DNA of 64,000 bases, from the NCBI GenBank assembly GCA_045126815.1, contig JBGVPD010000014.1, positions 220 to 64,219 of the forward strand. The letters run 5' to 3'. How positions within the stretch are numbered: position 1 is the first letter of the stretch; each line of letters begins with the position of its first letter. Positions 1-9,264 of the stretch are shown piece after piece. The notes under the pieces are model-generated. The model worked only from the letters and a program-made list of their open reading frames with translations. It was not told the origin of the DNA and searched no databases. This stretch comes from Eubacteriales bacterium (lineage in GTDB: Bacteria; Bacillota; Clostridia; Oscillospirales; CAG-272). The translations under genes and the position numbers were made by a program.

Positions 1-1083
1 CTGTGTGTCAGAACTGTCTGCGCAAATAAATTCAGCGTTAGAAATATTATTGATTTCTGCATTCAGTTTTGCGTTTTCAATAGCTTCGGGAACAATTTCA
101 ACCCCGAAAAGCTTACAATCTTTTAGCTTTGATGCCACCGTTAGCCCGATAGTACCCGTTCCGCAGTAAAGGTCGGTTACTCTTTCGCATTTGCCTTGCT
201 TTACAAGTTCGTAAACTTTGTTGTAAAGAAGTTCGGCGCAATCGTGGTTGATTTGATAGAAAGACGCGGGTGATATTCTGAAGGTCAGACCGCATAGCTT
301 GTCCTCTATATATTCTCTGCCGAAGAGGGTAATATATTTATCTCCCAATATAACGTTAGTGTTTTTTGTGTTAACGTTAAGGGTGATACCTACGATTTCT
401 TTGATCTCTTTGAGATTTTCTACCAGCTTGTCGGAATGGGGAAGTTTGTCTCCGTTTATAACCAAACAAACGTTGATTTCTCCCGTTTCTTTTCCTTGGC
501 GAATGTAGATATGGCGAACAAAACCTTTGCCGGTTTCTTCGTTATATCCTTTCAGGTTGTATTTTATCAGGTGTTTTTTTATTATATCGGTAATGCGTGA
601 GAAAGCGGCCGGCTGAAGAAAACAGTCCGGATTTTCACAAACTTTATGTGTTCTTTCGGCATAAAAACCTATTCCAAAATCAGGACTTACGGGATATTGC
701 GCTTTGTTTCTGTAACGCGACAGTTCCTTTACAGAAGTAACGTTATTTACTTTTATATCAAAATTGACCTTTTTAAATTCCGCTTCAACAAACGCCTTTT
801 TTAGTTCAAGCTCATGTTCGTACTTTATGTGCCTGAAAGTACAACCACCGCAACTTTTGAATACGGGGCAGTCCTGCTCCTGTCTGTGATGTGATGGGGA
901 AATGATATTCTCAATTCTGCCGATGCAGTAGTTCTTATTTGCTTTGATTATCTTAATATCGACCACGTCGTCAGTAACGCCGTTTTTTACAAAACAAACC
1001 ATACCGTTGATACGGCAAACACCGTAACCGAGGTTGTTTATACTGTCGATTTTTGTTTGATATATCTTGTTTTTCTCAGGCAT
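1..1083 (-). CDS. 23S rRNA (uracil-5-)-methyltransferase, RumA/RlmD family (partial; C-terminus beyond left edge)
   Basis: Open frame from ATG at 1083 to the window edge (361 codons). Translation starts MPEKNKIYQTKIDSINNLGYGVCR (TRAM-like) and contains the Cys cluster CPVFKSCGGC and the SAM-MTase motif VTDLYCGTGTIGL. Confidence 0.85.
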   Translation of the reverse strand, partial: MPEKNKIYQTKIDSINNLGYGVCRINGMVCFVKNGVTDDVVDIKIIKANKNYCIGRIENIISPSHHRQEQDCPVFKSCGGCTFRHIKYEHELELKKAFVEAEFKKVNFDIKVNNVTSVKELSRYRNKAQYPVSPDFGIGFYAERTHKVCENPDCFLQPAAFSRITDIIKKHLIKYNLKGYNEETGKGFVRHIYIRQGKETGEINVCLVINGDKLPHSDKLVENLKEIKEIVGITLNVNTKNTNVILGDKYITLFGREYIEDKLCGLTFRISPASFYQINHDCAELLYNKVYELVKQGKCERVTDLYCGTGTIGLTVASKLKDCKLFGVEIVPEAIENAKLNAEINNISNAEFICADSSDTQ

Positions 1084-1189
1084 ATTTTTCTCCGTAAAAA
1101 TAAAAATGGTGCAAAATAAACTTACCTATATATTATATATCATTTTTTGTTGCTTGTAAATACGTATGTAAAAAAATAGAAAAAAGGTG

Positions 1190-1218
1190 TTGACAAACAC
1201 GATATGCCGTGATATAAT
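1190..1218 (+). promoter_or_regulatory. sigma-A type promoter of rpmG-secE-nusG
   Basis: TTGACA (1190-1195), 17-nt spacer, extended -10 TGaTATAAT (1210-1218). Confidence 0.7.
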
Positions 1219-1224
1219 GGGACT

Positions 1225-1248
1225 ACCTCTGCGGAGAGGTCTTTTTTT
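1225..1248 (+). promoter_or_regulatory. promoter-proximal terminator-like hairpin (ACCTCT-gcgg-AGAGGT + T7)
   Basis: 6-bp stem with GCGG loop, followed by CTTTTTTT. It begins about 7 nt after the -10 box. Confidence 0.4.
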
Positions 1249-1323
1249 GTCGCGTATTTCTTCGTGTGAGGGAGATAAAATTTTAGGAATACAATGTATT
1301 CTGTTATCGGGAGGTGTCTCTGA

Positions 1324-1485
1324 ATGGCTCAGGGAAATAGAGTTAGAATTACACTGGCGTGCAGCGAATGCAAGCAGAGAAACTACGACACTATGAAGAA
1401 CAAAAAGAATGATCCCGACAGACTTGAAATGAACAAGTACTGCCGTTTCTGTCGTAAACATACTCTTCATAGAGAAACAAAGTAA
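1324..1485 (+). CDS. rpmG: 50S ribosomal protein L33
   Basis: 53-aa ORF, absent from the track because it is under 60 aa. Translation [63 protein letters not shown] upstream. Confidence 0.93.
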   Translation: MAQGNRVRITLACSECKQRNYDTMKNKKNDPDRLEMNKYCRFCRKHTLHRETK

Positions 1486-1497
1486 GGAGGTAGCGTA

Positions 1498-1758
1498 ATG
1501 GCAGATCAGATCAAAAAAGAAACTGAAAAAGCTAAAAAGGCTGCCCCCAAGAAGAACAAAGTTGGCTTCGGTCAAAGAATCAAAAAGTTTTTCAAAGATT
1601 ATAAGAGCGAACTCAAGAAGATCGTATGGTTGTCACCCAAGACGACTTTCCAGTACACAGGTATCGTATTGGTTATGGTTATTATAGTAAGTGCATTCAT
1701 AGGATTGCTTGACTTTTCATTTTCACAGCTCTTAATGTTTATTTCGAGGTTGGTATAA
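1498..1758 (+). CDS. secE: preprotein translocase subunit SecE
   Basis: 86 aa with a basic N-terminus and a single C-terminal TM helix. Conserved rpmG-secE-nusG context. SD AAGGAGG. Confidence 0.9.
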   Translation: MADQIKKETEKAKKAAPKKNKVGFGQRIKKFFKDYKSELKKIVWLSPKTTFQYTGIVLVMVIIVSAFIGLLDFSFSQLLMFISRLV

Positions 1759-1759
1759 T

Positions 1760-2302
1760 ATGAGTGACCTTAACGATATAAGCCGTCAGGCGTGTTGGTA
1801 CGTAGTACACACGTATTCGGGCTATGAAAACAAGGTAAAAGCTAATCTTGAAAAAATCGTGGAAAACCGTGGACTTCAGCATTTGATATTTGATTCCATA
1901 ATACCTGTTGAGACAGTACAGGAAGGAACTGAAGAAGATGCAAAAGAAGTTGAAAACAAGATCTTCCCAAGTTACGTTCTCATAAAGATGATAATGTCTG
2001 ATGAGAGTTGGCACGTGGTAAGAAATATACGCGGTGTTACAGGATTTGTAGGTCCCGGCTCCAAACCGGTACCGCTCACTGATGAAGAAGTTGCGAGTAT
2101 AGGCATTGAAACACGTGCTATAACACTTGATTACAACGTAGGCGACAGCGTAAAGATCAAGAGCGGAACGCTCAGCGGATTTATTGGTAGAGTTGAAGAA
2201 ATTTCCGAAGATAAGAAAAAGATCAAAGTTATGGCAACGATCTTCGGAAGAGAAACGCCTGTTGAGCTTGACTCTGACAGCGTTGAAATTTTAGAGGTTT
2301 AA
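1760..2302 (+). CDS. nusG: transcription termination/antitermination factor NusG
   Basis: 180 aa with NGN and KOW regions (WYVVHTYSGYENKV..., GDSVKIKSGTLSGFIGRVEEI). Confidence 0.95.
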   Translation: MSDLNDISRQACWYVVHTYSGYENKVKANLEKIVENRGLQHLIFDSIIPVETVQEGTEEDAKEVENKIFPSYVLIKMIMSDESWHVVRNIRGVTGFVGPGSKPVPLTDEEVASIGIETRAITLDYNVGDSVKIKSGTLSGFIGRVEEISEDKKKIKVMATIFGRETPVELDSDSVEILEV

Positions 2303-2419
2303 TTAAATTAAACGTCCTTTGCTTTAAGCACGTATAGATATGTACGTGTATCGTGGGAGGGAGAAAATTTTATTACTTTAATTCTCCCGATTTAGAACCA
2401 CATTCGGAGGTGTATAGAA

Positions 2420-2845
2420 ATGGCAAAGAAAATACAGGGTTATATCAAACTTCAGATTCCCGCCGGTAAAGCTACTCCTCAGCCCCCTATCGGTCCGGCT
2501 TTGGGTCAGTACGGTGTAAGCATTCCTAACTTTACAAAGGAATTTAACGAACGCACAAAAAATGATATGGGTCTCATCATTCCTGTTGTTATTACAGTTT
2601 ATGCAGACCGTTCATTCTCATTTATCACAAAGACTCCCCCCGCACCCGTTCTTATAAAGAAGGCTTGCGGAATTGAAACAGCATCTGCAGCACCTAACAA
2701 GACAAAGGTTGCAAAGCTCACAAAAGAACAGGTTCAGAAAATTGCTGAAACAAAGATGCCCGACCTTAACGCAGCTTCTCTTGAAGCAGCAATGAGCATG
2801 ATCGCCGGTACTGCACGCAGTATGGGTATCACAGTTGAGGAATAA
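2420..2845 (+). CDS. rplK: 50S ribosomal protein L11
   Basis: 141 aa; [33 protein letters not shown] is a canonical L11 N-terminus. Confidence 0.97.
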   Translation: MAKKIQGYIKLQIPAGKATPQPPIGPALGQYGVSIPNFTKEFNERTKNDMGLIIPVVITVYADRSFSFITKTPPAPVLIKKACGIETASAAPNKTKVAKLTKEQVQKIAETKMPDLNAASLEAAMSMIAGTARSMGITVEE

Positions 2846-2859
2846 GGAGGGTACAAACA

Positions 2860-3552
2860 ATGAAAATGGGAAAGAAATACAGCGACAGCATTAAGCTGCT
2901 CGAAAAAGCAAAGCTTTACGATGCAAACGAAGCAATCGCACTCGTTTGCCAGACAGCAAAAGCAAAATTTGATGAAACAATTGAACTTCACATTCGTCTC
3001 GGTGTTGACTCTCGTCACGCTGACCAGCAGGTAAGAGGCGCTATCGTTCTTCCTAACGGTACAGGTAAAAATGTAAAGGTTCTCGTATTCGCTAAGGGCG
3101 ACAAGGTTCAGGCTGCACTTGATGCAGGTGCTGACTATGCAGGCGCTGAAGAATACGTTGAAAAAATTCAGAAGGAAAACTGGTTCGACTTTGACGTTAT
3201 CATCGCTTCTCCCGACATGATGGGATTGGTTGGTCGTCTCGGTAAGGTTCTCGGTCCTAAGGGACTTATGCCTAACCCCAAAGCAGGAACAGTTACTCCC
3301 GACGTAGCTAAAGCTGTTAAAGAAGCTAAGGCAGGTAAGATCGAATACCGTCTTGATAAGACAAACATCATCCACTGCCCCATCGGTAAAGCTTCATTCG
3401 GAGCTGAAAAGCTCACAGAAAACTTTGATGCTCTTATTGGTGCAGTTATCAAGGCTAAGCCTGCTGCAGCAAAAGGTCAGTACATTAAGAGCTGCGTTAT
3501 CGCATCTACAATGGGCCCCGGCATCAAGATTAACTACGCTAAGCTTGGTTAA
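2860..3552 (+). CDS. rplA: 50S ribosomal protein L1
   Basis: 230 aa canonical L1. SD AAGGAGGG lies 8 nt upstream. Confidence 0.97.
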   Translation: MKMGKKYSDSIKLLEKAKLYDANEAIALVCQTAKAKFDETIELHIRLGVDSRHADQQVRGAIVLPNGTGKNVKVLVFAKGDKVQAALDAGADYAGAEEYVEKIQKENWFDFDVIIASPDMMGLVGRLGKVLGPKGLMPNPKAGTVTPDVAKAVKEAKAGKIEYRLDKTNIIHCPIGKASFGAEKLTENFDALIGAVIKAKPAAAKGQYIKSCVIASTMGPGIKINYAKLG

Positions 3553-3566
3553 TTAGATAAAATTTT

Positions 3567-3598
3567 AAGGTGTATGGTTTCATACACCTTATTTTTTG
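3567..3598 (+). terminator. intrinsic terminator after rplA
   Basis: AAGGTGTATG-gttt-CATACACCTT followed by ATTTTTTG. Confidence 0.8.
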
Positions 3599-3692
3599 TC
3601 TATATATTATATTAATTATTGAAAAACAGCATAGAATGTGCTACAATGTTTTTTAGATATATATAATAGGATTACAAGGGGGATCAATAATT

Positions 3693-4310
3693 ATGAAGGT
3701 ACTTATGCTTAACGGAAGTCCGAGAAAAAATGGAAATACGGCTATTGCTTTGAATGAAGTTAAAGGTGTTCTTGAGCAAGAGGGAATTGAAGTTGAAATA
3801 ATTCAAGTTGGAAATATGGAAATAACAGGTTGTAAGGGATGTTTGTATTGCAAAGAAAAGGGCAAGTGTGTTAAAGACGATATAGTTAACGAACTTGCGG
3901 CTAAACTTGAAGATGCAGACGGACTTGTGGTTGGAAGCCCTGTGTATTATGCTTCTGCAAACGGAACTTTAGTGTGTTTGCTTGACAGATTGTTTTACAG
4001 TTCAAAGTTTAATAAGACGATGAAAGTAGGCGCGTCTGTTGCCGTTGCAAGAAGGGGCGGTTGTTCTTCAACGTTTGATGAACTCAATAAGTATTTTACT
4101 ATAAGCGGTATGCCTGTATGTTCAAGTCAGTATTGGAACAGCGTTCACGGAAGAGCACCGGGCGATGCTGAAAAAGACGAAGAGGGACTTCAAACTATGA
4201 GAACTCTCGGAAGAAATATGGCTTTCCTTATGAAGAGTATTGCACTCGGTAAAGAAAAATACGGTATTCCCGAAAAAGAAGCGGGAGTTATGACAAGTTT
4301 TATAAGATAA
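3693..4310 (+). CDS. flavodoxin-like NAD(P)H-dependent FMN reductase / iron-sulfur flavoprotein family
   Basis: 205 aa with MKVLMLNGSPRKNGNT and the Cys motif CKGCLYCKEKGKC. Own promoter TTGAAA-17-TACAAT upstream. Confidence 0.75.
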   Translation: MKVLMLNGSPRKNGNTAIALNEVKGVLEQEGIEVEIIQVGNMEITGCKGCLYCKEKGKCVKDDIVNELAAKLEDADGLVVGSPVYYASANGTLVCLLDRLFYSSKFNKTMKVGASVAVARRGGCSSTFDELNKYFTISGMPVCSSQYWNSVHGRAPGDAEKDEEGLQTMRTLGRNMAFLMKSIALGKEKYGIPEKEAGVMTSFIR

Positions 4311-4320
4311 GATATAAAAA

Positions 4321-4352
4321 ACGGTAGATGAAATTAAAATCTACCGTTTTTA
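4321..4352 (+). terminator. intrinsic terminator
   Basis: ACGGTAGAT...ATCTACCGT followed by TTTTT. Confidence 0.75.
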
Positions 4353-4360
4353 TTAGTCTT

Positions 4361-4400
4361 AAAACAAATGACGGCACATGGGTTTTGCCCCTGTGCCGTC
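4361..4400 (-). terminator. intrinsic terminator of the PHP-domain gene
   Basis: GACGGCACA / TGTGCCGTC 9-bp stem, followed on the - strand by ATTTGTTTT. Confidence 0.65.
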
Positions 4401-4418
4401 TTGATCATATACAAAGTT

Positions 4419-5819
4419 TTAATGTATAGAAGCGCCTCTTGCGGTAACGCCGTATTCTTTCCATACTTGTGTGTATTTGTCGTAACGTTTCTTGTCTTCT
4501 GTAATATCATAGAAGCTTTCGCCGTGTTCGCCAAAGAAGTGTCTGTATAACTTGTATGATCTGCCCGACATACTGTTAAGTGTTTCTTTAGCGCCTTCAA
4601 CTCCGAGTGTATATTCTCTCATCATTATACCTTCGGCCTTGCAAAGATCTTTTGTGCGTTCAAAATAGTTTTCCATAAGGAAACGAGTGTACATTGTAAG
4701 TCTGAAGTTAGCCTGTACACGATACTCTCTGCTTCCGTTGGGATCTTTATAGGTGTGCAATACAGGGGCTGTCATACCGTTTTTAATTGCTTCCATAATA
4801 TCTTCTCTCGTGTTGTCTTTAGCAAAAACGATAGTGTAAATATTAGCAAAACGAAGCTTAGGGTCGTTATAGGTCTTATGAGCGTCACTACTTGCGATAA
4901 CGGGCATTTCAAAACCTGTGCTTCTGAGAGTGTTGAAGTAAGAAATTGAGAGGTCATTACCATTAGGAAGCATACCGCCATTGATTTCGTATGCATCAAA
5001 CCAACCGCTCTTGAAGAATTGTTCAAGAAGGGGGAGAGAGATGTTGTAGGTGCTGGTTTCTGTAATCTGAACCCAGAAAGGATGAGGCAATATAGCCAAT
5101 CCTCCGGCTTCATGAACCTTTTGTGTTGCCCATTTAGCCATAGCGAGACGGCGTGAATCGGGGTTGCCTGCAAATTCTTTTTCGATCTCGTCTACTTCTT
5201 TGTTGTATTCGTCTTCGTGTTTTACGTAATATTCTGTAACACTCTTTTTACCGCCGAGATGTACAATATGAACGGTACTTCCGGGAGTGTGAATTTCCTC
5301 ACCCAAAACAACGTTAAGGTCATATTTTACTCCGTCTAATACCTCTTTAACTTCAACAGAGGGGAAGTAACGGTTATGGTCGGTTACGAAAATAAAATCA
5401 TAACCCTCACGTCTGAAGTTTGCAACTATTTCGCCCGAATAGTCGTCGCTGTCAGAACGGGGAGTATGAATGTGCATATCGCCCTTCAAAGGACGGAGAG
5501 TATACAAATCTTCTTCCAAAGCGTAAACTGAAGTGTGGTGATAAACAGCTTCAGGCGAATCTTTGAAACGGATTTCATATTCGCATTCGTGTTCGAATTC
5601 ATATTCAAAAGTGAGTTTTCCACCCTCTGCTTTTACAGTAAGATCGGGTTCGTTTTTAGGAAGTTTACGGTCATAGCACATAGGCACAACAAATACCATA
5701 TACTCTTTTCCGTCTTCAAAATACAACTGCCCCTTGAGAGGAATAACCGAAACTTTTGATTTCTTTTTTACCTGGAAGATAACAGGCTGAGCAATATATC
5801 TTGACATATTATCTAACAT
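4419..5819 (-). CDS. PHP-domain metal-dependent phosphoesterase family protein with extra N- and C-terminal regions
   Basis: 466 aa with the PHP signature GDMHIHTPRSDSDD...FVTDHN...SSDAH. The flanking regions match nothing I recognise. Confidence 0.6.
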   Translation of the reverse strand: MLDNMSRYIAQPVIFQVKKKSKVSVIPLKGQLYFEDGKEYMVFVVPMCYDRKLPKNEPDLTVKAEGGKLTFEYEFEHECEYEIRFKDSPEAVYHHTSVYALEEDLYTLRPLKGDMHIHTPRSDSDDYSGEIVANFRREGYDFIFVTDHNRYFPSVEVKEVLDGVKYDLNVVLGEEIHTPGSTVHIVHLGGKKSVTEYYVKHEDEYNKEVDEIEKEFAGNPDSRRLAMAKWATQKVHEAGGLAILPHPFWVQITETSTYNISLPLLEQFFKSGWFDAYEINGGMLPNGNDLSISYFNTLRSTGFEMPVIASSDAHKTYNDPKLRFANIYTIVFAKDNTREDIMEAIKNGMTAPVLHTYKDPNGSREYRVQANFRLTMYTRFLMENYFERTKDLCKAEGIMMREYTLGVEGAKETLNSMSGRSYKLYRHFFGEHGESFYDITEDKKRYDKYTQVWKEYGVTARGASIH

Positions 5820-5871
5820 AGCGTTTTATACCTTTCTGATTAATAATATACTAAAAATATAATAAGTATGC

Positions 5872-5917
5872 AAAAAAACTGAAACAATGCTGTGCCCAAG
5901 TATTTGGACACAGCATT
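5872..5917 (-). terminator. intrinsic terminator after purC
   Basis: AATGCTGTG...CACAGCATT stem followed by a T-run on the - strand. Confidence 0.75.
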
Positions 5918-5924
5918 ATAACTT

Positions 5925-6608
5925 TTATCTGTTAAGAATAAGTTTTGTGAGTTCAACGGGTTCAACTATCTTGCCGTCTTTATAAACACGCATATTACCG
6001 GATGCGATTTCGTCGATAAGTATAACTTCGCCGTTGTTATAACCAAACTCAAATTTAATATCCCAAAGATCAAGACCGATAGTCTTAAGGTCATCAGCAA
6101 CGATCTTTGTGATCTTGAGAGTCTGTTCTTTCATGCTCTTGAAGAGTTCTTCGCTCATAACGCCCAAAGCTGCCAAGCCTTCTGATGTAACAAGCGGATC
6201 GCCCTTTTCATCGTTTTTAAACGTACATTCAACGTAACCGCCTTCAAGAACGGTACCGTCTTCAATATATTCGCCGTATCTGCGGATGAAGCTACCGGTT
6301 GCAACGAGTCTGCAGATAACTTCAAGTCCGTGGCCGAATACTTTTCCGGGGAGAACTTCCATTGTTGCATCATCAATGTTTGCGGATACGTAATGAGTTT
6401 TGATACCTGCAGCTTTCAACATTTCGAAATAATAAACTGAAGTCTGGAGATTAGCTTTTCCGATACCTTCAATGGTAAGACCTACTGTGTTTTCACCGGG
6501 ATCAAATACGCCGTCTTTTCCGGTGCAATCGTCTTTGAATTTAAGCATAACGTTGCCGTTATCAAGTGCATATACGTCTTTTGTTTTTCCTGTGTAGGTT
6601 AATTTCAT
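5925..6608 (-). CDS. purC: phosphoribosylaminoimidazole-succinocarboxamide (SAICAR) synthase
   Basis: 227 aa; [18 protein letters not shown]...FKDD is typical of PurC. Confidence 0.92.
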   Translation of the reverse strand: MKLTYTGKTKDVYALDNGNVMLKFKDDCTGKDGVFDPGENTVGLTIEGIGKANLQTSVYYFEMLKAAGIKTHYVSANIDDATMEVLPGKVFGHGLEVICRLVATGSFIRRYGEYIEDGTVLEGGYVECTFKNDEKGDPLVTSEGLAALGVMSEELFKSMKEQTLKITKIVADDLKTIGLDLWDIKFEFGYNNGEVILIDEIASGNMRVYKDGKIVEPVELTKLILNR

Positions 6609-6654
6609 TGGTGCTTTCCTTCTTTCAATTATATTGTTTGTCTTCTATATTTAA

Positions 6655-7833
6655 TTATTTTTGTTCAGCTTTGATCTTCGCAACGAATTTTTCCATTTTT
6701 TCGAGAGCTTTTTTGATGTGCTCAACGGAATAAGCATAAGAAATTCTTGCAAAACCTTCGCCGCATTCACCGAATGCTGTTCCGGGAACAATAGCAACGC
6801 CTTCTTCACGCAAAAGTCTCTGGCAGAATTCATCACTTGTAAGACCGAACTTGCCAATGTTGGGGAATACGTAGAATGCGCCTTCTGCTTCGAAGCATTC
6901 AATGCCGATCTTGTTGAGACCTTCAATGATTGCAACGCGGCGTCTGTTGTATTCTTCAGCCATCATTTTAACGTCTTCGTCGCCGTTCTTGATAGCTTCA
7001 ATAGCAGCGTACTGGCTTGTTGTAGGAGCGCACATGATAGCGTACTGGTGAAGTTTCAAGATCTGTGTTGTGATAGGAGCGGGAGCTGCGATGTAACCCA
7101 TTCTCCAACCTGTCATAGCGTAAGCTTTTGAGAAACCGCTTGCGATGATCGTTCTTTCCCACATGCCAGGGAGACTTGCAAATGAGCAGTGGTTTCTGCC
7201 GTATGTAAGTTCGCCGTAAATTTCATCAGAAAGAACGAGGATGTTTGTATCGCGCAAGATTTCAGCGATAGGTTCAAGGTCTTCCTTAGTCATAATAGCA
7301 CCTGTGGGGTTGTTGGGGTAAGGAAGAATAAGCATCTTCGTTTTGGGAGTAATAGCTGCTTTAAGCGCTTCGGGAGTAAGTTTGAATTTATCTTTTTCTG
7401 TTGTATTGATTATAACGGGTTTACCGCCTGCAAGTTCAACCAACGGAGGATAGCAAACGAATGCGGGGAGGGGAATGATAACTTCATCGCCCGGGTTGAC
7501 ACAAGCGCGGATAGCGTTGTCGATAGCTTCGGAGCCGCCGACTGTAACGATAACTTCTTTCAAAGCTTCGTATTTGGTATTGAAACGTCTGTCGAGATAT
7601 TTTGCGATTTCTTCACGAAGTTCGGTCATACCGCTGTTAGATGTGTATTTAGTAGATCCGTCTTGAAGACTTTTAATAGCAACGTCGCGAATGTGCTGAG
7701 GGGTAACGAAGTCGGGTTCGCCTACTGTAAGAGAAATAACATCTTTCATTTCAGCTGCGATGTCAAAAAACTTTCTAATTCCTGAAGGCTGTATCTTTTG
7801 TACCTTCTGTGAGAGAATATTCTGGTAATCCAT
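6655..7833 (-). CDS. class I/II pyridoxal-phosphate-dependent aminotransferase (AspC/AspB-like)
   Basis: The family motif SFSKAYAMTGWRMGY is present. Start moved to ATG 7833 (MDYQ...), 10 nt after SD AAAGGAG; the 7857 GTG overlaps that SD. Confidence 0.85.
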   Translation of the reverse strand: MDYQNILSQKVQKIQPSGIRKFFDIAAEMKDVISLTVGEPDFVTPQHIRDVAIKSLQDGSTKYTSNSGMTELREEIAKYLDRRFNTKYEALKEVIVTVGGSEAIDNAIRACVNPGDEVIIPLPAFVCYPPLVELAGGKPVIINTTEKDKFKLTPEALKAAITPKTKMLILPYPNNPTGAIMTKEDLEPIAEILRDTNILVLSDEIYGELTYGRNHCSFASLPGMWERTIIASGFSKAYAMTGWRMGYIAAPAPITTQILKLHQYAIMCAPTTSQYAAIEAIKNGDEDVKMMAEEYNRRRVAIIEGLNKIGIECFEAEGAFYVFPNIGKFGLTSDEFCQRLLREEGVAIVPGTAFGECGEGFARISYAYSVEHIKKALEKMEKFVAKIKAEQK

Positions 7834-8074
7834 TGTGAGAATGCTCCTTTCAAGCACTAATTTTCAAATCACAGATATTATAACATTTTTCTATTGGTTT
7901 TGTCTACACAATTTTGACAATATTATAAAAAAATTAAACATTTTTTCAAGAAAAATACTTACGATAATTAAAATGTTTCGAAATTGTAAACATATCAGAT
8001 GACGTCTTTATTTTTTTATTAAAATATGGTAAAATACATAGGATATTTGATATAAAACAAAGGAGTTGCAAACA

Positions 8075-9127
8075 ATGAAAAAACTCAGTTTATTATTTGT
8101 TCTTTTGCTTATCTGCACGATAGTTTTTGTCGGATGCGGAAAAGAGGAAGAGACACCCTACGACTATGATCTTAAAGAATACGTTACTTTGGGAAAATTC
8201 CCGAATGTAGAATATGACGCTGATGCCGTTCAGAAGGCTGTTGACGAAAAAGTAAAAGAAGTAGCTTCCAAGCATAAGGTTACTACCGAAGTTGAAGGCA
8301 GACCGGTAAAAAAGGATGACGTTGTAAATATTGACTATGAAGGCAAGATCAACGGCGAAGTTTTTGAGGGCGGAAGCGACCAAGGTTTTGATCTCACAAT
8401 AGGATCGGGCAATTTTATTGCAGGATTTGAAGACGGACTTATCGGCAAGAACAAGGGCGAGGTTGTTGAACTTAACCTCAAGTTCCCTGAAAACTACAAA
8501 GAGTCAAGCGTTGCGGGAAAGGACGTTGTATTTAAGGTTACTATCAATAAGATATCCGAGCCTACGATTCCTCCGTTGTCTGACGATATGGTGAAAAATG
8601 AAAACAGTGATGACTACGTAACCGTTGATGAGTTTTTGGCATATCACAGAAAGAATGAAGCTCAGACTCTTATTTGGGAAAACTACCTTAAATCATGCGA
8701 AGTTATTAAATATCCCGATAAAGAAACAAAAGAATACTACAATTCAACGATAGATATGTACAAGATGATGGCGCTTAACTATTACGGCAAAACACTTTCA
8801 GAACTTGTTACAGCGTTTGGTTATGCGACAATGGATGACTTCTTTTCTGAAACTCTTCTCAATGCAAGAAAAGATGTAAAAGAAGAAATGATAATCTATC
8901 AGACAGCGAGAGCTAACGATATTACGATCTCCGATGAAGAGTATAACGCTAAGGCATCAGAACTTGCAAAAGAAAACGGATATGAAACCGTTAAGGAATT
9001 TGAAGAATCGGTAGGCGCTGATTACGTTAAAATCGAAATCTACAAAGAGAAGATCATTACTAAAGCTCTTGAAGCAAACGGTATAAACAGCAACGGTTAC
9101 GAAATAGACGAAGACGCTGCTGATTAA
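8075..9127 (+). CDS. lipoprotein with trigger-factor-type FKBP PPIase and trigger-factor C-terminal-like domain
   Basis: Signal peptide and lipobox MKKLSLLFVLLLICTIVFVGC. The PPIase core VVNIDYEGKINGEVFEGGS...LTIGSGNFIAGFEDGLIG is present. ATG 8075 follows SD AAAGGAG. Confidence 0.8.
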   Translation: MKKLSLLFVLLLICTIVFVGCGKEEETPYDYDLKEYVTLGKFPNVEYDADAVQKAVDEKVKEVASKHKVTTEVEGRPVKKDDVVNIDYEGKINGEVFEGGSDQGFDLTIGSGNFIAGFEDGLIGKNKGEVVELNLKFPENYKESSVAGKDVVFKVTINKISEPTIPPLSDDMVKNENSDDYVTVDEFLAYHRKNEAQTLIWENYLKSCEVIKYPDKETKEYYNSTIDMYKMMALNYYGKTLSELVTAFGYATMDDFFSETLLNARKDVKEEMIIYQTARANDITISDEEYNAKASELAKENGYETVKEFEESVGADYVKIEIYKEKIITKALEANGINSNGYEIDEDAAD

Positions 9128-9140
9128 TATGAATAAAATT

Positions 9141-9181
9141 AGCTGTACGGTATATAATTGCTGTACAGCTATTTTTTTTTT
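9141..9181 (+). terminator. intrinsic terminator
   Basis: AGCTGTAC...GTACAGCT followed by T10. Confidence 0.85.
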
Positions 9182-9203
9182 GGAAAAATTTCGTAAAAAC
9201 CTA

Positions 9204-9232
9204 TTGACAAGTATTCCTTATTGAGATATAAT
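9204..9232 (+). promoter_or_regulatory. sigma-A type promoter of the Fur-family regulator/rubrerythrin pair
   Basis: TTGACA-17 nt-TATAAT, a perfect consensus. Confidence 0.7.
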
Positions 9233-9264
9233 ATCGATAGAGAAAAGCAAGAGGGAGAGTGATT

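Noticed and set aside
1288-1326. 9-codon uORF (ATGTATTCTGTTATCGGGAGGTGTCTCTGA) ending at the rpmG start and covering its SD.
   Set aside because: The nearest SD-like sequence is about 19 nt upstream, which is too far. Such a short frame is easily produced by chance.
1126-1575. 149-aa - strand ORF spanning the rpmG promoter, rpmG and the secE start.
   Set aside because: It overlaps two canonical genes and a consensus promoter on the + strand. It has no SD and its composition is not protein-like.
2303-2419. Possible L1-binding regulatory leader or promoter between nusG and rplK (hairpins CACGTA..TACGTG and GGGAG..CTCCC).
   Set aside because: The hairpins are short, and by eye I cannot match them to the L1 rRNA-mimic site. 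No terminator or consensus promoter is visible. The support is too weak to annotate.
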